A DNA stretch of 64,000 nucleotides from an uncultured delta proteobacterium. Lineage in GTDB: Bacteria > Myxococcota > Myxococcia > Myxococcales > Myxococcaceae. Shown here piece by piece: positions 37,839 to 48,935 of the stretch. Location: assembly GCA_963771175.1 (NCBI GenBank), contig CAVYSY010000032.1, forward strand, positions 352,001-416,000, read 5' to 3'. The first letter of the stretch is position 1. Every line of letters begins with the position of its first letter. The notes beneath the pieces were generated by a model that worked only from the letters and a program-made list of their open reading frames with translations, was not told the origin of the DNA and ran no database searches. Both the position numbers and the translations under genes were made by a program.

Positions 37839-39176
37839 TCAAAGCGCGAAACGCGCGAGCAGCGCCTCGGGGCGGGGATCCTTCTCCCACGCCTCCAGCA
37901 CAGCCTGAGCGGGCGAGCGGCCAGATGCGGCCACCTCGGCGAGCGGATCCACCAGGGGGGCATCCTCCCGATCCAGTCGCTCCAGACCCCGGCGCGCGAT
38001 GGCCACCATCTCCCCGGCCAGCCGGTGGATTTCATGGTTGCCGAGCTTGCCGGCCAGCCCCTGCCGACGAGCGGTGTCGTGGAAGGCCTGGTGCTCCTCG
38101 AAGGACAGGCGGGGCAGGAGCCGCTCGGCCTCCTCCATGGCCCCCCGATCGTACAGCAGCCCGCGCCACAGCGCCGCGAGCGCGCCCGTCATCGGCGCCG
38201 ACACGCAATCCGCGCCGCGCACCTCGAGGACCTTCTTCAGTCGCACCTCGGGGAAGAGCGTGGAGAGATGATCCGTCCAGTCGCTCATGTCGGCGGGGCT
38301 GCCCTCGAAGCCCTGCTGGATGAACTGGCGGAAGGTCATCTTCGGGCGGAGGTACTCCTCGCCCCGGCGCAGGAAGAGGATGGGGGCGTCCAGGGCCCAA
38401 TCCACGTAGGCGCGGTAGGAGAAGGAGCCATCGAAGAAGGAGCGCAGGTAGCCGCAGCGCGTGGGGTCCACCTCATCCCAGACGCGGTTGCGGAAGGACA
38501 GGTAGCCCGAGGGCTTGCCATCGACGAGCGGGCTGTTGGCGTAGAGGGCGTTCATGAGCGGCGATAGCCGCGCCACCAGCACCGTCTTGCGCACACAGTC
38601 GGCCTCGTCCTCCCAGTCGAGGGAGACCTGACCGGTGGCGGTCATCAACATCATGTTGAGCGCCAGCCGGCCACGCTCGGGGAGGCTCTGGCGCATGGCC
38701 AGGTAGCGCGTCTTGGGCATCCACGGCATGTCCGCGGGCGTCACGAAGGGCCGGTAGCCCAGGGCCACCAGTCGCAGCCCGAGCGGCTCGGCGGCGGCCT
38801 TCACCTCGGCCAGGTGGGCCAGGTTCTCCGCGTGGGCCTCGCGCGCGGTGCGGAAGGGCGAGCCCGAGAGTTCCAACTGCCCGCCCGGCTCCAGGGAGAT
38901 GGTGAGCATGCCCTTCTGCAGGGCGATGACGGGCGACTGCGGCGTCTCCCGGAAGGGCGTGTAGCCGGCGGGGGCGATGCGCTCCAGCAGCGCGCCAATC
39001 CCCGAGGGCCCCTCGTAGGGCACGGGACGCGCGACCTGGACGGGGTACACGAACTTCTCGTGCTCGAGCCCGAGCCGGTGTTGGGACCGGGGCTTCTCGG
39101 CGGACCGGAAACCGGCCAACAGCATGTCGAGGGAGGTGATGGGCTCGGAGGCGTCGCGTTGGAGATCGAGGGACAT
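37839..39176 (-). CDS. gshA: Glutamate--cysteine ligase (plant/alphaproteobacterial type)
   Basis: LGLEHEKF, SLEPGGQLELSG, WMPKTRY, QVSLD, ANSP, HLSTLFPEVRLK..LEVRGAD. Confidence 0.93.
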   Translation of the reverse strand: MSLDLQRDASEPITSLDMLLAGFRSAEKPRSQHRLGLEHEKFVYPVQVARPVPYEGPSGIGALLERIAPAGYTPFRETPQSPVIALQKGMLTISLEPGGQLELSGSPFRTAREAHAENLAHLAEVKAAAEPLGLRLVALGYRPFVTPADMPWMPKTRYLAMRQSLPERGRLALNMMLMTATGQVSLDWEDEADCVRKTVLVARLSPLMNALYANSPLVDGKPSGYLSFRNRVWDEVDPTRCGYLRSFFDGSFSYRAYVDWALDAPILFLRRGEEYLRPKMTFRQFIQQGFEGSPADMSDWTDHLSTLFPEVRLKKVLEVRGADCVSAPMTGALAALWRGLLYDRGAMEEAERLLPRLSFEEHQAFHDTARRQGLAGKLGNHEIHRLAGEMVAIARRGLERLDREDAPLVDPLAEVAASGRSPAQAVLEAWEKDPRPEALLARFAL

Positions 39177-39236
39177 GTCGGGCCCCTTTATAACCGCCAT
39201 TGACCCCGTCGCCGTCATTTGCGCATCGTCCCGAGG

Positions 39237-40046
39237 ATGACCCACCCCTCGCCGGTGCCCACCTTCTCCGCCCGGTCCGGTCCGTCGGACTTCTTTCAAG
39301 GGCTCGCCCTGCTGGGCAGGGCCTGGGGCCTCATCTTCCGCTCGCCTCGGCTGCTGGGCATGTCCGCCCTCTGTGCGGTCGTCACCCTGGTGGCCCTGGG
39401 AGGCCTCTTCGCCCTCCTCTGGACGTACACGCCGCAGCTCCTGGGGTGGCTGTGGACCCTCCCCGAGGCCTGGTATGGCCGCATCCTCTGGTACATCGTC
39501 CTGGCGCTGATGTTCCTCGTGCTGCTGGTGGTGGGGGCCAACGTCACCCTGCCCCTGGTGCTGGCCCCGCTGCAGGATCCCCTGTCGGAGATCACCGAGG
39601 AGCTGTGCGGGGACTTCTCGCCGCCCCCCTTCCGGCTCGGCCCCTTCCTCCGGAGCCTGGTCACCAGCGTGGCGCACACCCTGGCGCGCGTCTTCTTCCT
39701 GCTGTTGGGACTGGCCGTGCTCTTCCCACTCAACCTGGTGCCGGTGGCGGGCAACGTACTCTGGACGGTGCTGGGGACCGTGTGGACGATGCTCTGGTTG
39801 GCTGGCGAGCATCTGGCCGCGCCCATGACACGCCACGGGTATCCCTTCGCCGAGGTCCGTCGGGTGCTGGGTCAGCGCTGGCTGCTCTGCCTGGGCTTCG
39901 GGGTGGGCGTCTACGTCCTGCTCTGGATTCCCATCCTCAACACCTTCTTCCTCCCGGTGGCCGTGGTTGGCGGCACGCTCCTCTACCGGGGGCTGCGTGC
40001 CGTGGGGAACGTTCCTCCCCCTCCCTCCCTGGCCCTCGGGAAATAA
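39237..40046 (+). CDS. EI24/CysZ-like membrane protein
   Basis: Multiple TMs; APLQDPLSE and IPILNTFFLPVAVVGGT motifs. Confidence 0.8.
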   Translation: MTHPSPVPTFSARSGPSDFFQGLALLGRAWGLIFRSPRLLGMSALCAVVTLVALGGLFALLWTYTPQLLGWLWTLPEAWYGRILWYIVLALMFLVLLVVGANVTLPLVLAPLQDPLSEITEELCGDFSPPPFRLGPFLRSLVTSVAHTLARVFFLLLGLAVLFPLNLVPVAGNVLWTVLGTVWTMLWLAGEHLAAPMTRHGYPFAEVRRVLGQRWLLCLGFGVGVYVLLWIPILNTFFLPVAVVGGTLLYRGLRAVGNVPPPPSLALGK

Positions 40047-40270
40047 TCCGCCCGGCCGGTTGTCTCGTTCCAGTGGACCTGAGGCGGGAACGCGGCGAGC
40101 CTTCGTGGCGTTCTCCAACGCTGCGAGAAGACAGCGGCTTGAAGCACCGGGAGTCCGTGATTAGGCTTGCCCGGTCGCTCCCGGCGCCTGCTCTTCTCTT
40201 CATCTGCTCGGATTTATTGAGTTTTTCACGCATCACCCCCGGGGTCTTCCAACCCCATCCTGGATGAACC

Positions 40271-43200
40271 ATGCCGCGACTTTTTCGCCGGATCACCGCC
40301 GTCGCCGTCCTCCTTGGCGCCTGGGCCCTCGTCGGGAATGACCGGGCGCCGCTCCCCCTGACGCTCGGCGCGGCGGAGGCCGGCCAGGGCAGCTCGGACT
40401 CCACCCGTATCGCCGGCGAGAAGGGGCAGCACGACCTCTCCTCCCTGCGCGTCTTCACGAAGGTCATCCTCTACGTGAAGGACAACTACGTCGACCCCAA
40501 GCGCGTGAAGCCCAAGGAGATGATGATCTCCGCGCTGGAGTACGTGGAGAAGAGCGTCCCGGACGTGCTCGTGGACGGCAGCGCCGAGACGGGCAAGCTC
40601 CACGTCAACGTCAACGGCCAGAAGCGCGACTTCGACATCAGCCACGTCGACTCGCTGTGGAAGATGTCCTTCACGCTCAAGGACGTCTTCGACTTCGTGA
40701 ACAAGAACATGCGTCCCCTGGACGACACCCGCGACGTCGAGTACGCGGCCGTCAACGGGATGCTCTCCACGTTGGATCCGCACTCGGTGCTGCTGCGCCC
40801 GGAGATCTACCGGGAGATGAAGCTGTCCACCAAGGGTGAGTTCGGCGGCCTGGGCTTCGTCATCCAGATGCGCGAGGGCAACCTCACCGTGGTCAAGGTG
40901 CTGCCCAAGACGCCGGCCTACCGCGCGGGCATCCAGAAGGACGATCAGATCAAGCGCATTGGCGAGGAGTCCACCGTCAACATGGACCTCAACGAGGCCG
41001 TGTCGAAGCTGCGTGGCGCCGTGGACAGCCGCGTCTCCATCACCGTGGAGCGCAAGGGCTGGGACAAGCCGCACAACATGACGCTCAGCCGCGCGATGAT
41101 CTCCATCGAGAGCGTGCAGTCCAAGCTGCTCGCGGGGAACGTGGGCTACGTGCGCCTGAAGAACTTCCAGGGCAACACCACGAGGGACCTCCAGGCGGCC
41201 CTCTCCGAGATGCGCCGTCAGACCGAGAGCCAAGGGCGGGCTCAAGGGCGTGGTGCTGGACCTGCGCGGCAACCCGGGCGGCCTGCTCGAGCAGGCCATC
41301 CAGGTGTCGGACACCTTCGTCTCCAGCGGCACCATCGTCTCGACGGTGGGCCTGTCGGACAAGCTGCGCGAGGAGAAGCGCGCCCGTCCGGACGAGGGCG
41401 AGGACGCCTACCCCATCGCCGTGCTGGTGAACGCGGGCAGCGCCTCGGCCTCGGAGATCGTCGCCGGCGCGCTCAAGAACCTCAACCGCGCCGTCATCAT
41501 CGGCCGCCAGACGTTCGGCAAGGGCAGCGTGCAGGTGCTGTACGACTTCCCGGACGACAGCGCCCTCAAGCTGACCATCGCCAAGTACCTCACCCCGGGC
41601 GACGTCTCCATCCAGGAGGTCGGCATCGTCCCGGACATCGAGCTGGTGCCCGCGGCCGTCACCGACGAGCGCGTGCACGTGTTCGCCCCGCGCAAGACGA
41701 TCGGCGAGGCGGACCTGGATCAGCACTTCGGCAACCCCAACTCGGACTCCGTGGCCAAGAAGCGCGAGGACGTGCTCGGCCGCGAGAAGCCGCTGGAGTC
41801 GCTCAAGTACCTCAAGCTGGACGAGAAGCAGCAGCAGGCGGCCCAGGCCAAGAAGGACGAGGCCGCCAAGGGTCCCGAGGTGGCCAGCAAGGCGGAGAAG
41901 AGCCCGCTGCTGGACGTGGAGTCGGTGGGCTCCGGCGAGGAGCTGGACGACCAGATGGACGCCGAGAGCCAGGACGAGGTGAAGGAGGACTTCGAGGTGC
42001 AGTTCGCCCGCGACTTCGTCCTCCAGGTGCCCCTCACCGAGCGGCGCGCCATGCTGCAGAAGGGCAAGGCCTTCGTGGAGCAGAAGCGCCGCGAGGAGGA
42101 GCAGCGCATCAACGCCGCCATCAGCGCGCTCGACGTGGACTGGAGCGCGGGCCCCACGCCCAAGGACGTGAAGCTCGCCGCCACCTTCACCCCCAGCGCC
42201 GACCAGCGCATCACCGCGGGCGAGACGTTCGACCTGGCCGTCACCGCCGAGAACAAGGGCACCGAGGCCCTCAAGCGCGTGCGCGCCTGGACGGAGAGCG
42301 ACAACTACTACCTCGACCGCCGCGAGTTCCTCTTCGGCAGCCTCGCTCCGGGTGAGAAGAAGACGTGGAAGGTGAAGGTCAAGCTGCCCAAGGACCTGAC
42401 CTCCCGCCGCGACGAGGTGACGGTGAAGTTCCACGACGACAACGGGGCCCTGCCCACCACGGTCGTCAGCGAGCTGAGCTTCGCCGAGCTGCCGCGTCCC
42501 GCCTTCGCCTTCAACTGGCAGGTCGTCGACAACTGCGAGGCCTGCAACGGCGACGGCGTCGCGCAGCGCGGCGAGGACCTCACCCTGGTGCTGGACGTGA
42601 CGAACACCGGCACGGGCAAGGCGCTCGACTCGTTCGCGCAGATCAAGAATGTCGGCGACCCGAACATCTTCATCGAGAAGGGCCGCTTCAAGCTGGGCGA
42701 GATGGCCCCGGGCGAGACGAAGACGGCGCGCTTCCAGCTCGAGGTGAAGAAGGGCTTCCGCGAGGAGAGCTTCCCGCTGAAGCTGGCCATCGTCGACGAG
42801 CCGCTCGAGGAGTTCGCCATGGAGAAGCTGCAGCTCCCGGTGACGGACGCCCCGGTGGCGAAGTTCGAGCCGAAGAAGGGCCTGGTGAAGCTCTCGGAGA
42901 AGGCCGAGCTGCTGGCCTCGCCGCAGCAGGACGGCGTGGTGCTGGCGAAGCTCTCCCGTCCGGTGCTGCTCAACACCGAGGCCTCGGCCAAGGGCTTCTA
43001 CCGGGTGGAGCTGGACAAGGACCGGTTCGCCTTCGTGCGCGCCCAGGATGCCCGCGACGCTCGCGGCAAGCCCTCGCCCGCCAAGGACATCTCCTTCGTG
43101 GCCCGCCGCTCGCCGCCGGACATCAAGCTCGACGTGGACGCCAGCCAGGGTGGCCTGGTGGCCAATGGCGACAAGTTCACCCTCTCCGGAGAGGTGAGCG

Positions 43201-43487
43201 ACGTCACCGGCCTGCTGGACATGTACGTCCTGGTGAACGACCAGAAGGTGTACTTCCAGGGAGTGGACGCGAACGCCAAGCAGGGCGAGCCGCGCAAGCT
43301 CAAGTTCACCACCGAGTTCTCCCTCAAGGAGGGCAACAACAGCGTCCTGGTGGTGGCGCGCGAGAGCACCGAGTTCGCCAGCCGTCGCACGCTGGTGATC
43401 CGCCGCCGTCCCGCCGAGGTGGCCCAGAAGGTGACGCCGCCCGCGGCGGCCACGGCCACCAAGCCGACCAAGTCGGCGGCGCCGTAG
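40271..43487 (+). CDS. Large S41A (CtpA-like) PDZ serine protease with C-terminal Ig-like domains; frameshift near 41228
   Basis: LDPHS, GEFGGLG PDZ; DLRGNPGG, SASASEIV, TFGKGSVQ after a one-base shift. Confidence 0.92.
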
Positions 43488-43516
43488 CGAAGTAGCACGG
43501 CTGCTCGGCTGCCTTC

Positions 43517-43569
43517 CGGGCGGCTTTCGTCGGGGCGCTCCTGCCCCCTCGGAAGCCGCCCGTTTTATT
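43517..43569 (+). terminator. Intrinsic terminator
   Basis: CGGGCGGCTT...AAGCCGCCCG followed by TTTTATT. Confidence 0.6.
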
Positions 43570-43648
43570 GACGATTTCCTCGCTCACACGCTAGCGTCCG
43601 CCCGTTGGCGCCGTTCGCCGGACGTGCGCCTGGGAGGCGGTACTCAGG

Positions 43649-44584
43649 ATGCGGACGTTCAGCCGTTGGATGGCCCTCGCGGTGCTGGTGTGCGGCCCCG
43701 CCGCGTACGCGGATCGCAACGATCTCCAGATCACCCAGTTCGGGAACCCGAACCCGTTCGAGAGTGAGGGCTCGACCACGCCCTCGGTCAACTTCAACCC
43801 CGCGGCCAACGGCGACTTCCGCGCCTTCGCCCGCACCTTCGCCGCGGCCCTCACCTCGGCGAACCTGATGCCGCCGGAGACGCTGGGACACGCGGGCTTC
43901 GCCGTCAACGCGGAGCTCGGCGTCATCTCCCTGCCCTCCTCGGTGCGCCTCCCCACGGAGCGGCCGCAGACGGAGTCGCTGCTGCTGCCCTCGGTGCACT
44001 TCCGCAAGGGCCTGCCCTTCTCCCTGGAGCTGGGCGCGCGCGTGGGCTGGGTGGACCGCAGCCGCCTGTTCGCCGGCACCGGCGAGCTGAAGTGGGCCGT
44101 CAACGAGGGCTTCACCTGGCTGCCGGACATCGGCGTGCGCGCGCACGTGACGCGCCTGATGGGCAACAACGACTTCAACCTGACGGCGGCCGGCCTGGAC
44201 ATCGGCGTGGGCAAGCAGTTCCCGCTCGGCGGCATGGTGACGCTCACCCCCTACGGCGGCCTCGACCTGGTGGGCGTGATGGCCAACACGGACACGCTCG
44301 ACTTCGACCAGGCTCGCACGCTCGGCAGCACGCTCAACTCCGCCGACCCGTACGCCGGCCTGAAGAACACCGGCGTCTACGAGGAGGTGAAGTTGACCGA
44401 GAACGTCAACAAGCGCTTCTACGGCGGCGTGCGCTTCATCGGCGGCGCGCTGCAGCTCGGCGCCGAGGTGTCCCTCACCCAGCAGGGCCCCATCCCGGTG
44501 ACCAATGCCCAGACGGGCGAGACGGCGGATCGCTCCCTGCCCGCGGTGCTGGCCTTCAGCACCACGCTCGGCCTGGACTTCTAG
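43649..44584 (+). CDS. Hypothetical outer-membrane beta-barrel protein
   Basis: Signal peptide, amphipathic strands, terminal LGLDF. Confidence 0.7.
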   Translation: MRTFSRWMALAVLVCGPAAYADRNDLQITQFGNPNPFESEGSTTPSVNFNPAANGDFRAFARTFAAALTSANLMPPETLGHAGFAVNAELGVISLPSSVRLPTERPQTESLLLPSVHFRKGLPFSLELGARVGWVDRSRLFAGTGELKWAVNEGFTWLPDIGVRAHVTRLMGNNDFNLTAAGLDIGVGKQFPLGGMVTLTPYGGLDLVGVMANTDTLDFDQARTLGSTLNSADPYAGLKNTGVYEEVKLTENVNKRFYGGVRFIGGALQLGAEVSLTQQGPIPVTNAQTGETADRSLPAVLAFSTTLGLDF

Positions 44585-45309
44585 GCCGCCTGGCCGTGCA
44601 GGGCCTCGCGCAGGGCGCGGGGCTTGTTGGTGATGAGGTAGGAGACGCCCATCCGCTCCAGCTCCCGGGCGCGCTCCGCGTCGTCCACCGTCCACACCGC
44701 CACGCGCAGGCCCCGGCGGTGCCAGTCCTCCACGCGCTCGGGGGTGCACTGCCCGTAATACGGGTGCACCGAGTGCGACGAGACGAGCGGGTTCACCAGG
44801 TACGCCTGCGGCCCCCAGGGCTTGTCCGGGTCGATGAGGAAGCCGCGGCGCAGTGAGGGCGCGGCGGCCGCCATTCGGAAGAGGCACAGCGGGTTGAAGC
44901 TGGAGATGACCACCCGCTCGCCCAGCTCGCGGCGTGTGACGATCTCCGCCACCTTCTGGGAGAGGCCGCCGTCGTCGAAGTGGTCGCACTTCAGCTCGAT
45001 GTTGATGAGGAAGTGCGAGGGCAGCGCGTCCAGCACCTCCTCCAGCAGGGGGATGCGAGCGGGCGCGAAGCCGAGCCGGCTGCCCACGTCCGCCTGCTTC
45101 AGCTTCCACCAGGACGTGGTGCGCACGTCCCAGGGCAGGCCGGCGAGCCGCTCCAGGTGCTCGTCATGGCACACCACCACCTCGCCGGAGCCGCACACCA
45201 TGGCGTCCAGCTCCACACCATCGGCCCCCTGGGCCACGGCCTCCTGGAAGGCGGCGAGGGTGTTCTCCGGAGCGTCGGCGCTGGCACCACGGTGAGCGAG
45301 CAGAAGCAT
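44581..45309 (-). CDS. Glycerophosphodiester phosphodiesterase
   Basis: AHRGAS..APENTL, VELD, CHD, NIELK, VWTVD, ITNKP. Confidence 0.93.
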   Translation of the reverse strand: MLLLAHRGASADAPENTLAAFQEAVAQGADGVELDAMVCGSGEVVVCHDEHLERLAGLPWDVRTTSWWKLKQADVGSRLGFAPARIPLLEEVLDALPSHFLINIELKCDHFDDGGLSQKVAEIVTRRELGERVVISSFNPLCLFRMAAAAPSLRRGFLIDPDKPWGPQAYLVNPLVSSHSVHPYYGQCTPERVEDWHRRGLRVAVWTVDDAERARELERMGVSYLITNKPRALREALHGQAA

Positions 45310-45418
45310 GCTCCCAGTGTGCGACAGGCCGGCCCGGCGGGCGAGCGTCCCGAGCGGGGCCGTCCGGGGGGTGACAGGCGGCTTGCCTCACCCGGGGCTT
45401 TGCTGCACTGTGCGCCGC

Positions 45419-45649
45419 ATGCTGGGGCTGCGAACCGGAGAGATCCTCTTCATTGGCTTCATCCTCGTGGTGGTGTTCTCCGCCGCTCGGATGGGACAGC
45501 TCGGCAATGCCGTGGGCCGGTTCGTCTACTCGTTCAAGAAGGCCGCCAAGGGGCAGGACTTCGTGGACGTGAAGCCCCTGCCCCGCTCCAAGCGCGGCCA
45601 GGACGTCATCGACGTCGACACGAACGACTCCGACTCCCGGCGCAGCTAG
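45419..45649 (+). CDS. tatA: Twin-arginine translocase TatA/E-family subunit
   Basis: GEILFIGFILVVVFSAARMGQLGNAVG.FVYSFKK single TM plus amphipathic helix. Confidence 0.7.
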   Translation: MLGLRTGEILFIGFILVVVFSAARMGQLGNAVGRFVYSFKKAAKGQDFVDVKPLPRSKRGQDVIDVDTNDSDSRRS

Positions 45650-46405
45650 CGTTCCCCGGCGCTGCCCGCTCCGGCCAGCAGGCGTGAGGCCTGCTCGCGC
45701 AGCGAGGGGTGCACCGAGGTGTCCCCGGCCAGCTCCTCCAGGTCGCTCGCGTTGAGCAGGGGGACGATCTTCACCCCCACCTCGGGCGGCAGGTACGGGT
45801 TGAAGACGAGCGCGCGGCGCACCGCGTGGCGCGAGAACCAGCGCGACGACTTCCAGATCTCCACCAGCGGCTCCGGGTCGGGCCGGGCGGCGCGCGGCCA
45901 TGCGCACCACCAGGTCCTCGGTGAGGCGGGGGTTGATGAGCGCGTTGCGCACCACCGGGGGGTTGCTCACCGTGGCCAGCCGCGAGAGCACGTCCGGATC
46001 CCTCGTGAGCCGGGCCTGCTGCTTGAGATGCCCCAGCGACTGGGTGAAGGCCTTGGCGTCCGCCTTGGCCGCCGCGCCCTCGTCCAGCTCCTTGCGGGCT
46101 GGCGCCGTCGCGAAGAGGTCCGCCACCGACTGCAGGGACTGCACCTCGGCCATGCGGCGCAGCGAGTCCGCGTAGGGAATGCTCTCGGCCTCCAGGCCCA
46201 GCGCCGCCACGAAGGCCGAGAGGACGCAGGTGGCCGGCTCCCAGCCCTCGCGGGCGAGGAAGATGAGCTCGTGGAGGAGCTCGTTGGCGTCCAGCGGATC
46301 CCGCTTGGCGAGCTCGCGCGCGGCGGCCTTGCGGACGATCTCCGCACTGCCGCTCAGCGCGTGGAGCCGCCGGACGACGGTCTTGGCCTCCTCACGGCTG
46401 GCCAT
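45646..46405 (-). CDS. Hypothetical alpha-helical repeat protein; frameshift near 45880
   Basis: MASREEAK start; VRNALINPRLTEDLVVRMAARRP joins EIWKSSRW..VRRALVFNPY. Confidence 0.7.
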
Positions 46406-48775
46406 TGCCGCCGTGCCCTCCGGCGTCCCTCCGGCGGCGCTCTCGGCCTGCGGTTCGAGCGTCACCTCGAGCCGGAAGCCGCCCAGGTCCGAGGGGTACT
46501 CGTAGAAGACGAGCGACGAAGGGCGCCCGCGCCCCCGGAGCCACCTCCGTGGCGGCGGCGTCCAGCCGGGTGCGCAGCGCGGCGGCCTCCTCGGGCTTCT
46601 GGAGCGAGTAGAGCTCCTCGGGCGAGGGCACGGCGCCCGCGAGCCCCTCCGCGCGACTTCACCCGCTGCTCGCCGTCGTACAGCGCGACGCGCGCCTTCA
46701 CCCGGACGGGGGCGGTGCCACGGTTCTCCACCTCGCCGCGGACGAAGAAGAGCGGGTGGCCGTCGCGGGTCTCGTAGAGACCGTTGGACAGGTCCTTCGC
46801 CACCAGGGGACGGGTGGGCGACACCAGCTCCCGCATGCTTCGCGGGCGACAGGGCGGACAGCTCCAACTGGCCGTCGTTGAGCCAGGCGCCGCCCACCGC
46901 GACGAGGCCCACCACCAGCACCGCGGCCACCACGAGCTGCGCGGCCACCGCGGCCAGACGCTGCACGAGGCGCGGACCCTGGCCGTCGGAAGCTCTTTCT
47001 TCTTCTTCGCGGGCTCCGCGGGCGCGGCGGCGATCACCGGCGGCGCGGTCGTCGGCGTCATCGACGGCAGGTCGGGAGGATCTCCCGGCTCGGAGGCGCC
47101 TCCCCCGGCCCCGGGAAGTCCGGAAGGGGGAACGGATTGCGCTCCGTCTGTGCTTCCGCTCGGGCGACGGGCGTCGCCGGGAGCGTCTGCGTGGCACCCC
47201 AGTCCGGGATGCCCGACGGTGCGGCCTGCTGAGGCGCACCCCAGTCCGGGATGCCCGACGGCGCGGCCTGCTGGGGCGCACCCCAGTCCGGAATGCCCGA
47301 CGGCGCGGCCTGCTGAGGCGCACCCCAGTCCGGGATGCCCGACGGCGCGGGGCTCGGAGCCGGAGCAGCGGACGCCGGAGGCAATGCGGCCACGGGGTCG
47401 AACGACATGAACGGGTTGTTCCCGTCGAGGCCCTCCATCTCCCCCGAGTCCGGCACGGGCGCGGAACTCCGGGCAGCGGGAGCCGGAGGCAGTGCGGCCA
47501 CGGGGTCGAACGACATGAACGGGTTGTTCCCGTCGAGGCCCTCCATCTCCCCCGAGGCCGGCACCGGCACGGGCGCGGGCTCCGGGACGGAGGCAGCGTG
47601 GGCGTGGCCGCCATCGTCGGCGCGGCATCCGGCGGCAGCGAGAACGGGTCGTCCTCCTCGAAGGAGACCGGCGCGCTGCTCCGAGGCATGACGGGCGCGG
47701 GCACGGGGCTCCGGGCCGGCGGCAGCGTGGGCGTAGCCGGCACCGTCGGCGCGGCGTCGAACGAGACGAACGGGTTGTTGCCCTCGAGCCCCTCCATCTC
47801 CTCCGAGTCCGGAAGCGGAATGGGCGCGGCGCTCCGGGCCGGCGGCAGCGAGGGCGTGGCCGGCACCGGGTCTTCCGGAGGCAGCGCGAACGGATCATTC
47901 TCCTCGAAGGAGACCGGTGCGCTGCTCCGAGGCGGGACGGGCGCGGGCTTCGGAGGCGGGGCCGTGGGCGCGGGCTTCGGAGCCGGCGCGGCGCTCCGAG
48001 CCGGGACCTGGACTGGAACCGGAGCGGGCTTCGGAGCCGGAGCCGGTGGGGCACTCCGGGCGGGCACGGGCTTGGGAGCCGGAGCCGCGGCCTTCGGAGC
48101 CACCTCGGACGAGGCGAACGGATCGTTCTCGTCGAAGGACAGCGACAGCGAGGGACCCGCCGCGGGTCTGGCCGGGGCCGCCGGCTTCGCCTGGACCGGG
48201 CCGAGCGCGAGGGCGCCCGCGGGATTGTTGGGGACGGGGGCCTTGGCGGAGAGCTGGAGCGCCTGGGCGGGAGTGGGGGTGTTCTCGCCGATGAACTCCA
48301 TCAGCGGATCCAGATCGATCGTCGCCGGAGTCTTCGGAGACTCCGTCGAGGAGACCCGCGGCAGCGAGGTCGGCCCGGAGGGAACACCCCCTCTGGGCGC
48401 GGCGATGCCCGGCACCGAGGGCGCCGCCGGGGCGCTACCTGGAGCACCCAGGAGCGAATCGATCGGAGAGGGCCCGGGCGGACGGCCCGCTGCCTTGCCC
48501 GTGGGCGTACCGCCCCAGGGGACGCCGGGAGCGGCGGGCGCGGAGGACCGGGGGGCCTCGAGGGGCGTGCCCGCTCGAGGGGTAGCCGGGGGCTTCGCGA
48601 CGGCAGCCGCCTCGACGGGAGGCACGGCCGGAGCCGGCGCGGAGGACGCAGCGTCCTCACGAGCAACCCGGAAGGTGTGCTGACACTTGGTGCAGCGGAC
48701 CTTGACCCCCTTGTCGGTCACCTTCTCGTCGGGGATCTTGAACCGCGTCTGGCACTGTTCACACTTGACGATCAT
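46392..48775 (-). CDS. MJ0042-type zinc-ribbon / Pro-rich repeat / TM / DUF3426-like protein; several indels, 3' end uncertain
   Basis: MIVKCEQCQTRFKIPDEKV...VRCTKCQHTF; long repeat linker; TM helix; LFFVRGEVENRG C-terminal domain in a shifted frame. Confidence 0.78.
47194..47350 (-). repeat. Intragenic 42-bp tandem repeat, ~3.7 copies (AAPSGIPDWGAPQQ)
   Basis: GCACCCCAGTCCGG(G/A)ATGCCCGACGG unit starts at 47194, 47236, 47278 and 47320. Confidence 0.9.
47375..47570 (-). repeat. Intragenic 108-bp-period duplication (GEMEGLDGNNPFMSFDPVAALPP)
   Basis: AACGACATGAACGGGTTGTTCCCGTCGAGG at 47401 and 47509; a diverged third copy near 47760-47810. Confidence 0.85.
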
Positions 48776-48935
48776 TCAGGGCTCGGCCGGTCCGGGAGTA
48801 TAGGCGCAGAGGGGCCCCACCGCGAGCGTGCCTCCACCCGGCTTGCTCGCCCCCACCCCCTCTGCTACAGGCGTTCGAGCGCCGTTCACCAGTGTGCGAT
48901 AGTTCGACAGCACCGACGCGGGCGGAGAACGAGAC

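Noticed and set aside
37839..39176. Ergothioneine (egt) operon
   Set aside because: No EgtB sulfoxide synthase, EgtD methyltransferase or class II amidohydrolase EgtC is recognisable nearby.
47194..47350. Regular repeats resembling a CRISPR array
   Set aside because: Head-to-tail 42-bp units with no unique spacers, a multiple of 3, inside a CDS; no cas genes.
45164..48775. 1203-aa single ORF
   Set aside because: Contains out-of-frame stretches between compensating indels and overlaps tatA; better explained as two genes with errors, though their exact boundary is uncertain.
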